Shown here piece by piece: positions 26,466 to 36,456 of a stretch of DNA of 64,000 nucleotides. The notes beneath the pieces are model-generated. The model was not told where the DNA came from. It saw only the letters and a program-made list of their open reading frames with translations, and ran no database searches. The stretch's first letter is position 1. The number at the start of each line of letters is the position of its first letter. The stretch comes from Vulcanimicrobiota bacterium (GTDB lineage: Bacteria > Vulcanimicrobiota > Vulcanimicrobiia > Eremiobacterales > Eremiobacteraceae). The stretch spans positions 192,001 to 256,000 of the forward strand of contig CAWDVP010000001.1 of the NCBI GenBank assembly GCA_963805945.1, written 5' to 3'. A program made the position numbers and the translations under genes.

Positions 26466-27786
26466 GTGGAGCTGCAAGAGGAGTTCATCAGCGACCTGAT
26501 CGGCCGGCCGGTCGAGCTATGGACCGACGATTCTGCCATGCCCATCGGCAAGCTCGCCGACATGGTCGTCGACGGCCGCGAGAGCTTCCCGCCGGTCACG
26601 GGCCTCTACGTCAAATGCCGCGACGGCATCGTGCGCTACGCGCCGTTCGACGCGATCCGCTCGCTGGACGACCGGGCGATCATCCTCAATCGGGCCCCGC
26701 ACGACGCCAAATACGAGCGCGCCGCCGACGACGAGCTGCTGCTCAACCGCGAACTGCTCGACAAGCAGATCGTGGACGTCGACGGCAAGAAAGTCGTGCG
26801 CGTCAACGACTTGCGCATGGCGCCCACCGGCGATCGGTTGCGGCTCATCGCGGTGGATATCGGCCTCGCAGGACTGCTGCGCAGGCTCGGCCTGCATGGG
26901 CTCGGCAAGCGTTGGCTCGAGCAGCCCACCAAACCCGGCTTACGCCAGTCGCTCATCTCGTGGGATGCGGTCGCGCCGCTGCATCACGTCGGCGCGCAGG
27001 ATGCGGTGCGGCTGCGCCTGCCGCACGACCGCATCGAACGGATCCATCCGGCCGACCTCGCTGCGATCATCGAGGATCTCAACGCCGGCGACCAAGCATC
27101 GCTGGTGAGCTCGCTCGACGAAGAGACCGCCGCTGAGGCGCTCGAGCAGCTCGACGTCGACACCCAGCTGTCGATCCTCGAAGATCTGCGGCCGGACCGC
27201 GCCGCCGACATCATCGAGAACATGAGCACCGACGACGCGGCCGATCTGCTCGCCGAGGTCGAGCCGGAGGTGCAGCGCCAGATCCTCTCGCTTGATGGAG
27301 CCGAAAGAGGCCGAAGAGGTGCGCGAGCTGCTCTCGCACGACGAGGATTCGGCCGGCGGCATCATGACCACCGAATATCTGTCCGTGCCGCTCGGCCTCA
27401 CCGTCGCCGAGACCTTCGAGCACATCCGCAAGGCCGCGGGAGACGCGGAACTCGTCTACTACGTGTACGTGCTCAACGAGCACGAGCACATCTTAGGAGT
27501 GCTCTCGCTGCGCGACCTGCTCGCGACGCCGCCGAGCGCGCCGATCACCGACGTCATGACGACGGACGTCGTGACCGTGCCGGTGGACGCCTCGCGCGAA
27601 GAGGTCGCCTCCACCATCGCGCGTTATGACTTCGTCGCGGTGCCTGTCGTCGACGCCGGCGGCATCATGCGCGGCATCGTCACCGTGGACGACGTGATCG
27701 ACCACCTGCTTCCGGAGCGCGTGCGCAAGATGATGCCGCGCGTCGGCAAATCACGGAACAGACCCGCGCACCACGCCGATCGGTGA
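26466..27786 (+). CDS. PRC-barrel + MgtE N-terminal + CBS-pair protein without TM domain (one frameshift)
   Basis: LLDKQIVDVDGKKVVRVND, HPADLAAIIE, DSAGGIMTTEY, GIVTVDDVID. Confidence 0.85.
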
Positions 27787-27791
27787 CGTAG

Positions 27792-28991
27792 ATGACGCCG
27801 GACGAACTCGCCGACCTCTCCGAGAGCGCGGCACGCATCGTCGCCGGCAGCGGCGGCCTCAAGGCGCTCGCGCAGCTGCTGGCGGACAGCGCTCGCGCGA
27901 CGGTGCTCATCGAGGACGACCGGTGGCGCCATCTCGCGCTCGCGACGGGGCGCGGCAGCGGCGCGCTCAAGATACCGCCGTCCTTCGCGCAGTGGTATAA
28001 GCGCCGAAGAACGGCAACGGGCGCGTCGCGCGCGCGAGCCTCGACGCGCATCTCGAAGCGGTATGCGCGCCGATGCCCGGCAGCAGCGGCGACGACGAGA
28101 TCGCGGGCTACGTCACGATGTTCCTGCGCAGCAAGCCCACGGCGGCGCTCTCCGCGGCTCTGCGCATCGTCGCGAGCGCGGCGGGCATCGAGGCCACGCG
28201 GCGCGGCGGGGGCAAGGCGCAGTCGCGTCGCTCGTTCTGGGAACGCTATCTGCGCGGGGAGTTCGCCGACGCGACGTCGCTCAAAGATGAGGCCGCCGCC
28301 GCGGGCATCGGCGCTCCCGCCCGCGTATCTCGGCGCGGTGTTCGAGGTCGAAGGTTCGCCGCCGGCGGCCGCGCAGGATGCGATCGCGCAGGCGATCGGA
28401 CCTGCGGACGGCGTGTGCCCGCTGCCGCCCGCGTCAGGGCAGATCGTGGCGCTGTTCCCCATGCGCCATCATGCGGATGTGGCTCGCGCCCGCCAGGCGG
28501 CGAACAACGCGCTGCGCGACGTCCCCGCTCAGTCGGCGGCGCGTGCGCTCACCTGCGGCATCGGCGGCTACCACGCCGACATCCTCGAATGCGCCGCATC
28601 TGTCGAGGAGGGGCGGCACGCGCTCGGACTGGGCCGGCGTCTGTACGGACGCGGCTCGGTGACGCTGTATTCCGAGCTCGGCGTCTACGCGTTGCTCCAC
28701 GCGGGCGGCGATCGCGATGCGTTCATGCGCTTCGCCGAGGCGCAGATCGCGCCGCTGCAGATCTACGACCGCAAGCACAAGACCGATCTGCTCACCACGC
28801 TGCGGCTATACTTCGACCTCGGGGAGAACGTCAAGGAGGCCGCGGAGCGGCTCTCCGTCCATCGCCACACCATCTTCTACCGGCTCAACCAGATCTCGCA
28901 GATCCTCAAGGTCGATCTGCATCTTCCCAAGGATCAGCTGTCGCTGCGCGCCGCGCTCGCGATCTGGCAGATGGAGCGCGACGGCGCATGA
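27792..28991 (+). CDS. PucR/CdaR family transcriptional regulator (frameshifted)
   Basis: LL.TLRLYFD..NVKEAAERLSVHRHTIFYRL. Confidence 0.88.
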   Translation: MTPDELADLSESAARIVAGSGGLKALAQLLADSARATVLIEDDRWRHLALATGRGSGALKIPPSFAQWYKRRRTATGASRARASTRISKRYARRCPAAAATTRSRATSRCSCAASPRRRSPRLCASSRARRASRPRGAAGARRSRVARSGNAICAGSSPTRRRSKMRPPPRASALPPAYLGAVFEVEGSPPAAAQDAIAQAIGPADGVCPLPPASGQIVALFPMRHHADVARARQAANNALRDVPAQSAARALTCGIGGYHADILECAASVEEGRHALGLGRRLYGRGSVTLYSELGVYALLHAGGDRDAFMRFAEAQIAPLQIYDRKHKTDLLTTLRLYFDLGENVKEAAERLSVHRHTIFYRLNQISQILKVDLHLPKDQLSLRAALAIWQMERDGA

Positions 28992-30304
28992 GCAAGAAGG
29001 AAGTCGTGCGCCGCGCCAAAGAGCTCGGCATCAAGTTCGTGCGGCTGCAGTTCGCCGACATCCACGGCGTCACCAAGAACGTCGCCATCCCGGTGCGCGA
29101 GCTCGAGACCGCGCTCGAAGGCAAGGTCGAGTTCGACGGCTCGTGCATCGAGGGTTTCGTCCGCAACGAAGAGTCGGACATGTGCCTTGCGCCGGATCCG
29201 GGGACGTTCGCGGTCTTGCCGGGACCGCCCGGTGCGCCGCTCGAGGCGCGCCTCATGTGCGACGTGCGCAACCTCGACGGCACGCCGTTCGAGGGCTGCA
29301 CCCGCAGCGCGTTGCGCCGGGTGGTGGACGAGGCGGCCGAACTCGGCTTCGAGGTCCACGCCAGCGCGGAATTGGAGTTCTTCCTCTTCGAGCCGGACGC
29401 CGCGGGCCTGCCGACCACCGTCACGAGCGATCGCGGCTCGTATTTCGACCTCGGGCCGATCGACCGCGGCGACGTCGCGCGACGCGACGTGAGCTTGGCG
29501 CTCGAGGAGATGGGTATCCGCGTCGACGCCACGCATCACGAGGTCTCGCACGGCCAGCACGAGGTCGATCTCGCTTACACGGACGCGCTTTCGCTGGCGG
29601 ATGCGATCGCGACGGCGCGCGTCGTGGTGAAGACGGTGGCGGCGCGGCATGGCCTGCACGCCACCTTCATGCCGAAGCCATTGCTCAAGCAAGACGGCAG
29701 CGGGCTGCACGTCGCCCAATACCTCACGCGCGACGGAGTCAACGCATTCTACGACGAGGGCGACCCGCTGCGCCTGAGCGAGACCGGCCTGGCATGCGTC
29801 GGCGGCTTGCTCGCCCATGCGCGAGGACTGACGGCGATCACCAATCCGACCGTCAATTCCTACAAGCGCCTCGTGCCCGGCTACGACGCGCCGTCCTACG
29901 TCCAATGGTCGCAGCGCGCGAAGAGCTCGCTTGTGCGTGTGCCTGCCGACCCGGGCGGGATCCGCATCGAGCTGCGCTCGCCCGATCCCTCGTGCAATCC
30001 GTACCTAGCGATTGCGTGCATCGTCAAGGCCGGCCTGGACGGCATTCGCCGAAAACTGGTTCCGGGCGACCCTGTCGAAGTGAGTCTTGCGCAGCTGAGC
30101 GACGACGAGCGCGCCGCGCTCGGCGTGGAGCAGCTGCCCGCCTCGCTTCAGGAAGCCGTCAGCGCGCTCGACGCGGACGCGGTGATCCGCGCGACGTTGG
30201 GCGACCATACCTACCACCGCTTCCGGGAGGCCAAGCTGGCCGAATGGGAAGCGTATCGCACCCAAGTGCATCCCTGGGAGATCGATGCCTACCTCTCGTC
30301 ATAA
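28988..30304 (+). CDS. Glutamine synthetase-like protein (gamma-glutamylation paralog)
   Basis: LQFADIHG, FDGSCIEGF, HHEV..GQHE, FMPKP, NSYKRLVPGYDAP, RIELRSPDP. Confidence 0.88.
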   Translation: MSKKEVVRRAKELGIKFVRLQFADIHGVTKNVAIPVRELETALEGKVEFDGSCIEGFVRNEESDMCLAPDPGTFAVLPGPPGAPLEARLMCDVRNLDGTPFEGCTRSALRRVVDEAAELGFEVHASAELEFFLFEPDAAGLPTTVTSDRGSYFDLGPIDRGDVARRDVSLALEEMGIRVDATHHEVSHGQHEVDLAYTDALSLADAIATARVVVKTVAARHGLHATFMPKPLLKQDGSGLHVAQYLTRDGVNAFYDEGDPLRLSETGLACVGGLLAHARGLTAITNPTVNSYKRLVPGYDAPSYVQWSQRAKSSLVRVPADPGGIRIELRSPDPSCNPYLAIACIVKAGLDGIRRKLVPGDPVEVSLAQLSDDERAALGVEQLPASLQEAVSALDADAVIRATLGDHTYHRFREAKLAEWEAYRTQVHPWEIDAYLSS

Positions 30305-30310
30305 TCAATA

Positions 30311-31030
30311 ATGAAGATGGAACGCAGCGACAGAAGCATACTGCTCGTCGACGACGAGCCGCAGATCGTCGAAGTGCTCGATCGCTACCTGAGCGATGAG
30401 GGCTTCTTCGTGCATAAGGCGTACGACGGCCCCAGCGCGGTGAAGCTCGCCGCGCAGGAGCAGCCCGATCTCATCCTGCTCGATCTCAAGCTGCCGGGCA
30501 TGTCCGGCTTCGAGGCGTTCCGCGAGATCCGCGCGCTTTCCGGCGTGCCGATCATCATGCTCACGTCGCGCGGCGATGAGGTCGACAAGATCGTCGGTCT
30601 CGAGCTCGGCGCCGACGATTACATCACCAAGCCGTTCAGCCCGCGCGAGGTGGTCGCCCGCATCAAAGCGGTGCTGCGGCGGTCGACCGCTCGGGCGGCT
30701 GCGCACGGCCACGACGAGCACGCCGCGGCGATCCGCGCGCACGACATCGAGATCGACCCGGAGGAGCACGAGGTCCGCATCGGCGGGCGCGCCGTGGCGC
30801 TGACGCCCACCGAGTTCCGCATCTTGGAGCTGCTGGCGGCGACACCGGGCCGGACATTTTCGCGGACGCAGCTGCTGGACAAGATCCGCGGCGACGACCT
30901 CGAGATCTACGATCGCACGCTGGACCGCCACGTCGCCAATCTCCGGCACAAGATCGAGGTGGATCCGGCGAACCCGCAGTACATCGTGACCGTCTTCGGC
31001 GTCGGGTATAAGATGGCGAAGCAAGCATGA
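30311..31030 (+). CDS. OmpR/PhoB family response regulator
   Basis: LLVDDE, LLDLKLPG, GADDYITKPF, LTPTEF, DRHVANLRHK, TVFGVGYK. Confidence 0.95.
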   Translation: MKMERSDRSILLVDDEPQIVEVLDRYLSDEGFFVHKAYDGPSAVKLAAQEQPDLILLDLKLPGMSGFEAFREIRALSGVPIIMLTSRGDEVDKIVGLELGADDYITKPFSPREVVARIKAVLRRSTARAAAHGHDEHAAAIRAHDIEIDPEEHEVRIGGRAVALTPTEFRILELLAATPGRTFSRTQLLDKIRGDDLEIYDRTLDRHVANLRHKIEVDPANPQYIVTVFGVGYKMAKQA

Positions 31031-31764
31031 TGCATCGCGACGCGCCGCGGGTCGGCGAACTGGTGCACGAGATGCGCAACCAGCTCGCGGTGGCGCGCGC
31101 CAATCTCGAGGCCTTCCTCGACGGCAAGCTCTCGCCGAACGCCGAGCGTTTGGAGGCCGTGCTCCAAACCCTGCGCGAGCTGGAAGAGCTGATCAAAGAC
31201 CTGCGCGTGATGCAGCTGGACGCGCCGACGACCTCGCGCATGCAGGAGATCGACGTCTGCGCGCTGCTGCAGAGCGAATACACCGCTGTCGAGGCCGTGG
31301 CGGTCGAGAAGCGCGTGTCGCTCTCGGTGTTCCGCTGCCCGCATCCGAACGGAGCCTGCCAGCGCTTTCTCGGCGATCCCGTCCGCGTCTCGCAGATCGT
31401 GAAGAACCTGATGCTCAACGCGGTGCGCTACACGCCGGCGGGTGGTTCGGTGGCCGTGGATTGCAGCCGGCGGGCCGACCAGCTCGAGGTGCGGATCAGC
31501 GATTCTGGCCCGGGCGTCGACGACGTCGACGCCGGGCACATCTTTGAATCGGGCTATCGCGGTGCGAGCACTGACCAGAGCGCCGGCACCGGGGTGGGGC
31601 TCTCCGTCGTCAAGCGGCTCGTCGAGGAGCACGGCGGTTCCATAACGCTCGGCCCCAAGACGCCCAAGGGAGCGACATTCACGCTGCGACTACCCGGCTG
31701 GCTGCCCGAGGACCACAAGTCCTGCGCGGTCGAGGGCTGCGACATCTGCTCGCCTAGCCCCTAA
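31027..31764 (+). CDS. Histidine kinase (HisKA + HATPase only, BaeS-like, Cys-rich)
   Basis: HEMRNQL, NLMLNAVRY, DSGPG, GTGVGL; ATGA overlap with regulator. Confidence 0.88.
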   Translation: MMHRDAPRVGELVHEMRNQLAVARANLEAFLDGKLSPNAERLEAVLQTLRELEELIKDLRVMQLDAPTTSRMQEIDVCALLQSEYTAVEAVAVEKRVSLSVFRCPHPNGACQRFLGDPVRVSQIVKNLMLNAVRYTPAGGSVAVDCSRRADQLEVRISDSGPGVDDVDAGHIFESGYRGASTDQSAGTGVGLSVVKRLVEEHGGSITLGPKTPKGATFTLRLPGWLPEDHKSCAVEGCDICSPSP

Positions 31765-31807
31765 GACACGACCTGTCCCGGTCGATGGACGCGGATGTGA
31801 AGAGCCG

Positions 31808-31851
31808 CTTCACATCGAGTTCGCCTGGCCGTAAGAGACGTGCGGTACCCT
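31808..31851 (+). promoter_or_regulatory. Direct-repeat site (CTTCA-N6-GTTCG) plus -10 TACCCT; likely leaderless xfp promoter
   Basis: Same geometry as five other promoters in the island; -10 lies 6 nt before the ATG. Confidence 0.55.
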
Positions 31852-31857
31852 GGATGC

Positions 31858-34240
31858 ATGACGATCCTCCTGGACCGTGCGTCCGGAGCGCGCCTCGAGC
31901 ATTTGGAGCGCTATTGGCGCGCGGCCAACTATCTCGGCGCGATCCAGCTCTACCTCAAAGACAACGTGCTGCTCGAGCAGCCGCTGCGAGCAGCGCACGT
32001 CAAAGAGCGGCTGCTCGGCCACTGGGGCACGCAGCCCGGGCTGAACCTGATCTACGCGCACCTCGACCGCCTCATCGCGGACACCGGAGCGCGGATACTG
32101 CTGGTGGTCGGTCCCGGTCACGGGGCACCGGCGATCTACGCCGACCTCTTCCTCGAAGGCAGTCTCGGACACCGCTATCCGGAGTTCTCCCGCAACCGCG
32201 CGGGCGTTGAGCGGCTCGCGCGGCTCTTCTCATGGCCCGGCGGCCTGCCGAGCCATCTCAGCGCGTTCTCGCCGGGCGCACTGCATGAAGGCGGCGAGCT
32301 CGGCTACAGCATCGCCCACGCCTTCGGCGCGGCGCTCGACAACCCGGATCTCATCGTCGCGTGCATCGTCGGCGACGGCGAAGCCGAGACCGGGCCGCTC
32401 GCCGCCGCGTGGCAATCGAACAAGTTCCTCAATCCGGCCAGCTCGGGCGCCGTGCTGCCGATCCTGCATCTCAACGGCTACAAGCTGTCGGGTCCTGCGC
32501 TCTTCGCGCGCATGAGCGCGCTGGAACTGCATCAGTATTTCGTCGGCTGCGGCTACGACGTCCGCCACATCATCACCGACGACGACCATGGCGATGCGCA
32601 TCGACAGCTATGGAGCGCGATGAACTGGGCGTATGCCCGTATCCGGCACATCCAGGCCGAGGCGCGCGAAGGCCGGGCGATCGCGCCGCCGGCATGGCCG
32701 CTCATCGTTCTGCGCACCCCGAAGGGATGGACAGGCCCGCGCGAGCTCCACGGCCGGCCCATCGAGGGCACCTTCCACTCGCATCAATTGCCGCTGCCCG
32801 ATCCGCGCGGCGATCCCGAGCAATTTGCCGCGCTCGAAGCGTGGCTGCGCAGCTACCGCCCGGACGAACTGTTCGATGATCCAGGGAGCGCCGCGTTCGG
32901 ACGTGCTCGCGGTCATCCCGCCGGACGCGTTGCGCATGGGTATGAGTCCACACGCGAACGGCGACGCCCGGCCGTTGCGCCTACCCTCGACCCACGCATA
33001 TGCGGTCGACGTCGGCACGCGCGGTGCCACCGCTGTCTCCGCGACGGAAGTCCTCGGGGGCTTCTTGCGCGACACGTTCCGGCTCAACGTCGAGCAGCGT
33101 TGCTTCCGGTTGATGTGCCCAGACGAGACCATGTCGAACAAGCTCGAAACGGTCTTTGAGGCGACTGACCGCGCGTTCATGTGGCCGCTCGTCGAGAGCG
33201 ATGAGTTCTTGTCGCGTGATGGACGCGTGATGGAGATCTTGAGCGAGACGACCTGCGAAGGCTGGCTGGAGGGCTACGTGCTCTCCGGACGGCACGGCGT
33301 CTTCGCCTGCTATGAGGCGTTCGCCACCATCGTCGACTCGATGGTGTCGCAGCACGCGAAGTGGCTCAAGACCGCCCGCGAAGTCACGTGGCGGCAGCCG
33401 GTCCCGTCCTTGAACATCCTGCTCACCTCGCACGCGTGGCGGCAGGACCACAACGGCTATTCGCACCAGGGGCCGGGGTTCATCGACGCGCTGATCAGCA
33501 AGAAAAGCTCCATCGTCCGCGCCTATCTGCCGCCGGACGCGAATTGCCTCGTGTCCGTGTTCGAGCATTGCCTGCGCAGCCGCGACCACATCAATCTGGT
33601 CATCGTTTCCAAGAACGACGCGCCGCAATGGCTTTCGATGCAGGAGGCGGAGCAGCACTGCGCGCGCGGCGCGTCGATCTGGGATTGGGCGGGCGACGAG
33701 GGCGACGGCGCCGCCGAGGTCGTGCTCGCCGCCGCGGGTGACGTGCCGACGCTGGAAACGCTCGCCGCCGCGTGGCTGCTGCGCAGGCATGCGCCGGAGT
33801 TGCGCGTGCGCGTCGTCAACGTCGTCGATCTTTTCGCGCTCGCCGAGCCCGACGAGCATCCGCACGGCCTCGACGCGCAGACCTTCGCGCGATGCTTCGG
33901 CGAACATCTGCCGGTCGTATTCGCGTTCCATGGCTACCCGCGTGTCATCCACGAATTGGTGCACCGCCGGCCCGACCCGACGCGCTTCCACGTCCGCGGC
34001 TATATCGAGGAGGGCTCGACGACGACGCCTTTCGATATGGTGGTGCGCAACCAGGTGAGCCGCTATCATCTCGCGCTCGAAGCGCTGCGCCGCGCCGGTT
34101 CGAAGAGCACTGCGGTCGCGGCCGCGACGGATCTCTTCAACGACAGGTTGGCGGCGCATCGCACGTACGTGGTCGAGCACGGCGTCGACATGCCGGAGAT
34201 AACCCAGTGGATGTGGGCTGATGCGGGCACGCCGTCGTAG
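31858..34240 (+). CDS. xfp: Phosphoketolase (one frameshift near 32880)
   Basis: LLGHWGT, GPGHG, HEGGELGY, GDGEAETG, LSE..CEGWLEGY, WRQDHNG.SHQ, GYIEEGSTTTPF. Confidence 0.95.
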
Positions 34241-35534
34241 CGGCTCGCCGCGCGGCGCGACCTCATACCTCTCGTGCGATGCGGGGTCGAGCAGCTACAA
34301 AGCCGCGCTGTACGACGTCGGGTCGCCGCTGCCGCTCGATCCGCCTGCGCCGCGCTGGTCCGGCGAGATCTCGTGGAAGCACCTGCCCGGCAACGCGTCC
34401 GTCCGTTCGTCCTGGCAGGATGGCCGGGTGAGCGAAAGCGCGCTCATGCTGGAACGCCCTCTCGATGCGCCCGGCCGGCTGCTGCACGAGATGGCTGCGG
34501 CGGCGGTGCCCGCGTTCCCGGCGCCGGGCGACGTCGACGCCGCGGTCCATCGCATCGTGCACGCCGGTGACCTGCGGTCTTCGCCCGCCCGCGTCACGAT
34601 GGAGGTGCGGCGCACCATCGCGGCGGCGGCACCGCTCGCGCCGGAGCACAACGAGCTGGCGCTCGCCGGCATCGATGCGCTGAGCCGGGCGCTGCCCAGG
34701 GCCGAACAGTTCGTCGTCAGCGACTCCGCATATCACGCCGACATGCCCGACGCGGCGTCGACGTATGCGGTGCCGATGGCGTGGCAGAAGGTGTGGGGCA
34801 TCCGCAGGCTGGGCTTCCACGGGATCAGCCATAAGGATGCCGCGCAGCGCAGCGCTCGTCTGATCGGCGCGCCCTTGCGCGGGCTCAAAATCGTGACGTG
34901 CCATCTCGGCAACGGCTGTTCGCTTGCCGCGACGGCCGCGGGCTGCAGCGTCGACACGACCATGGGCTGGACGCCGCTCGAAGGCCTCGTCATGGGTCAA
35001 CGCTCGGGCAGCGTCGACCCGGGCATCATCCTCTATCTGCTCGAGCGCGGCCGCTATACGCCCGCCGAGCTGGCGCGCGTGCTCAACGAGCAGTCCGGCC
35101 TGCGCGGGATCTCCGGGCTGTCGGGTGACATGCGCGAGATCATCGCCGCTGCGACCGGCGGCCACCCGCAGGCGACGCTGGCGTTCGACGTCTTCACCCA
35201 TCGCCTGCGCGCGGCGATCGGCGCGATGACGGCGAGCCTCGGCGGCATCGACGTGCTGACGTTCACCGGCGGCATCGGCGAGAACGCGGCGGAGGTCCGG
35301 CTCGCCGCATGCTGCGGCCTCGAATTCCTCGGCATGCGTCTCGACGAAGAGCGCAATCGCGGCGTCGGCGCGAAGGACGCGGATATCGCGATGCCCGATT
35401 CGCGCGTGCGCATCCTCGTGGTGCACGCTCGCGAGACCTGGGCGATGGTTCGCGAATGCGCGCAGGCGTTCGAACGCCAACCCGAGCTCCGCTCGGGCAC
35501 TACCGACGGTTCTCGCGGAAGCAAGGAGCTGTAG
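34221..35534 (+). CDS. ackA: Acetate/propionate kinase
   Basis: AGSSSYK, HRIVH, LAPEHN, GFHGISH, CHLGNG, MGWTPLEG, FTGGIGEN. Confidence 0.92.
   Translation: MRARRRSGSPRGATSYLSCDAGSSSYKAALYDVGSPLPLDPPAPRWSGEISWKHLPGNASVRSSWQDGRVSESALMLERPLDAPGRLLHEMAAAAVPAFPAPGDVDAAVHRIVHAGDLRSSPARVTMEVRRTIAAAAPLAPEHNELALAGIDALSRALPRAEQFVVSDSAYHADMPDAASTYAVPMAWQKVWGIRRLGFHGISHKDAAQRSARLIGAPLRGLKIVTCHLGNGCSLAATAAGCSVDTTMGWTPLEGLVMGQRSGSVDPGIILYLLERGRYTPAELARVLNEQSGLRGISGLSGDMREIIAAATGGHPQATLAFDVFTHRLRAAIGAMTASLGGIDVLTFTGGIGENAAEVRLAACCGLEFLGMRLDEERNRGVGAKDADIAMPDSRVRILVVHARETWAMVRECAQAFERQPELRSGTTDGSRGSKEL
35481..35503 (-). repeat. REP family C copy in ackA 3' end
   Basis: One mismatch to 771-793. Confidence 0.7.
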
Positions 35535-35537
35535 ATC

Positions 35538-35994
35538 ATGGGACTCTTCCACACCATCCTCGTGCCCATCGACGGGTCGGAAGCCTCAGACGCCGCGTGC
35601 GCGCTCGCCGTGCGGCTCGCGGCGGAGCACGGCGCGTCGATCGCTTTCATCAACGTCGTGGAGACGGACAAGATCATCGCCTCCGTCGTCCCCGGGCAAG
35701 GCTACGCCGACCCGATGCCGGCGATCGAGGCGCTGCGCGCGGGGGGCGGCGCGATGCTCAAGGACGCGCTGGACGCTCGCCAAGGCGGCTGGCGTCGCCG
35801 CCACGTCTGAGCTCGCAGAAGGCGATTGCCTCCAGACCATTCTCGATCGGGCCAAGAGCGGCGACGCAGACCTCATCGTCATGGGCAGCCATGGCCGGGG
35901 CGGCGTGGCGCGCCTCATGCTCGGCAGCATCGCCGAGGGCGTGCTGCGAAACGGCACCACGCCGGTGCTCGTCACCAAGGCGCACAAGGACTGA
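35538..35994 (+). CDS. Universal stress protein (one frameshift)
   Basis: ILVPIDGSEAS, DLIVMGSHGRGG..LGSIAEGVLR..PVLV. Confidence 0.9.
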
Positions 35995-35999
35995 CGCCG

Positions 36000-36452
36000 A
36001 TGCTAGGACATCTCGACGCCGACGAGATCGACGAGCTGCTCTCGCGCGGGATCGTCGGGCGCATCGGCTGCCACGCCGGCGGGCGCACCTATGTCGTGCC
36101 GATCACCTACGCCTATGAAGACGGCGCGATCATCGGTCACAGCGCGAACGGCTTGAAGCTGCAGATGATGCGCGAGAATCCGAACGTGTGCTTCGAGGTG
36201 GACCAGATGGACGATCTGGCGAACTGGCGCAGCGTGATCGCGTGGGGCCGATATGAGGAGCTGGGCGGCGCTGAGGCGGACCATGCGATGGCGCAGCTGC
36301 TCGGCAAGCTGCTGCCGTTGACGGCGACGAGCGAGACGAGCCATCCCGTGAAGGACCTCGCGCATCAGCATCGCGCGATGGCCGAAGGCCTCACGGCCGT
36401 CGTCTATCGCATCCGCCTCACGGAGAAATCCGGCCGCTTCGAGAGGCGCTAG
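36000..36452 (+). CDS. Pyridoxamine 5'-phosphate oxidase / NimA-family flavin-binding protein
   Basis: GRIGC..YVVPITY, G.KL.MMRENPNVCFEVD, WRSVIAWG. Confidence 0.88.
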   Translation: MLGHLDADEIDELLSRGIVGRIGCHAGGRTYVVPITYAYEDGAIIGHSANGLKLQMMRENPNVCFEVDQMDDLANWRSVIAWGRYEELGGAEADHAMAQLLGKLLPLTATSETSHPVKDLAHQHRAMAEGLTAVVYRIRLTEKSGRFERR

Positions 36453-36456
36453 ACCA

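Noticed and set aside
28073..30304. 743-aa PucR-GS fusion suggested by the ORF track
   Set aside because: Artefact of a frameshift in pucR; the GS-like gene has its own ATG at 28988 overlapping the pucR stop.
31796..31814. Palindrome TGTGAAG-N5-CTTCACA as a CRP/FNR site
   Set aside because: Spacing TGTGA-N9-TCACA does not fit the N6 CRP consensus; its right half is better explained as part of the direct-repeat motif.
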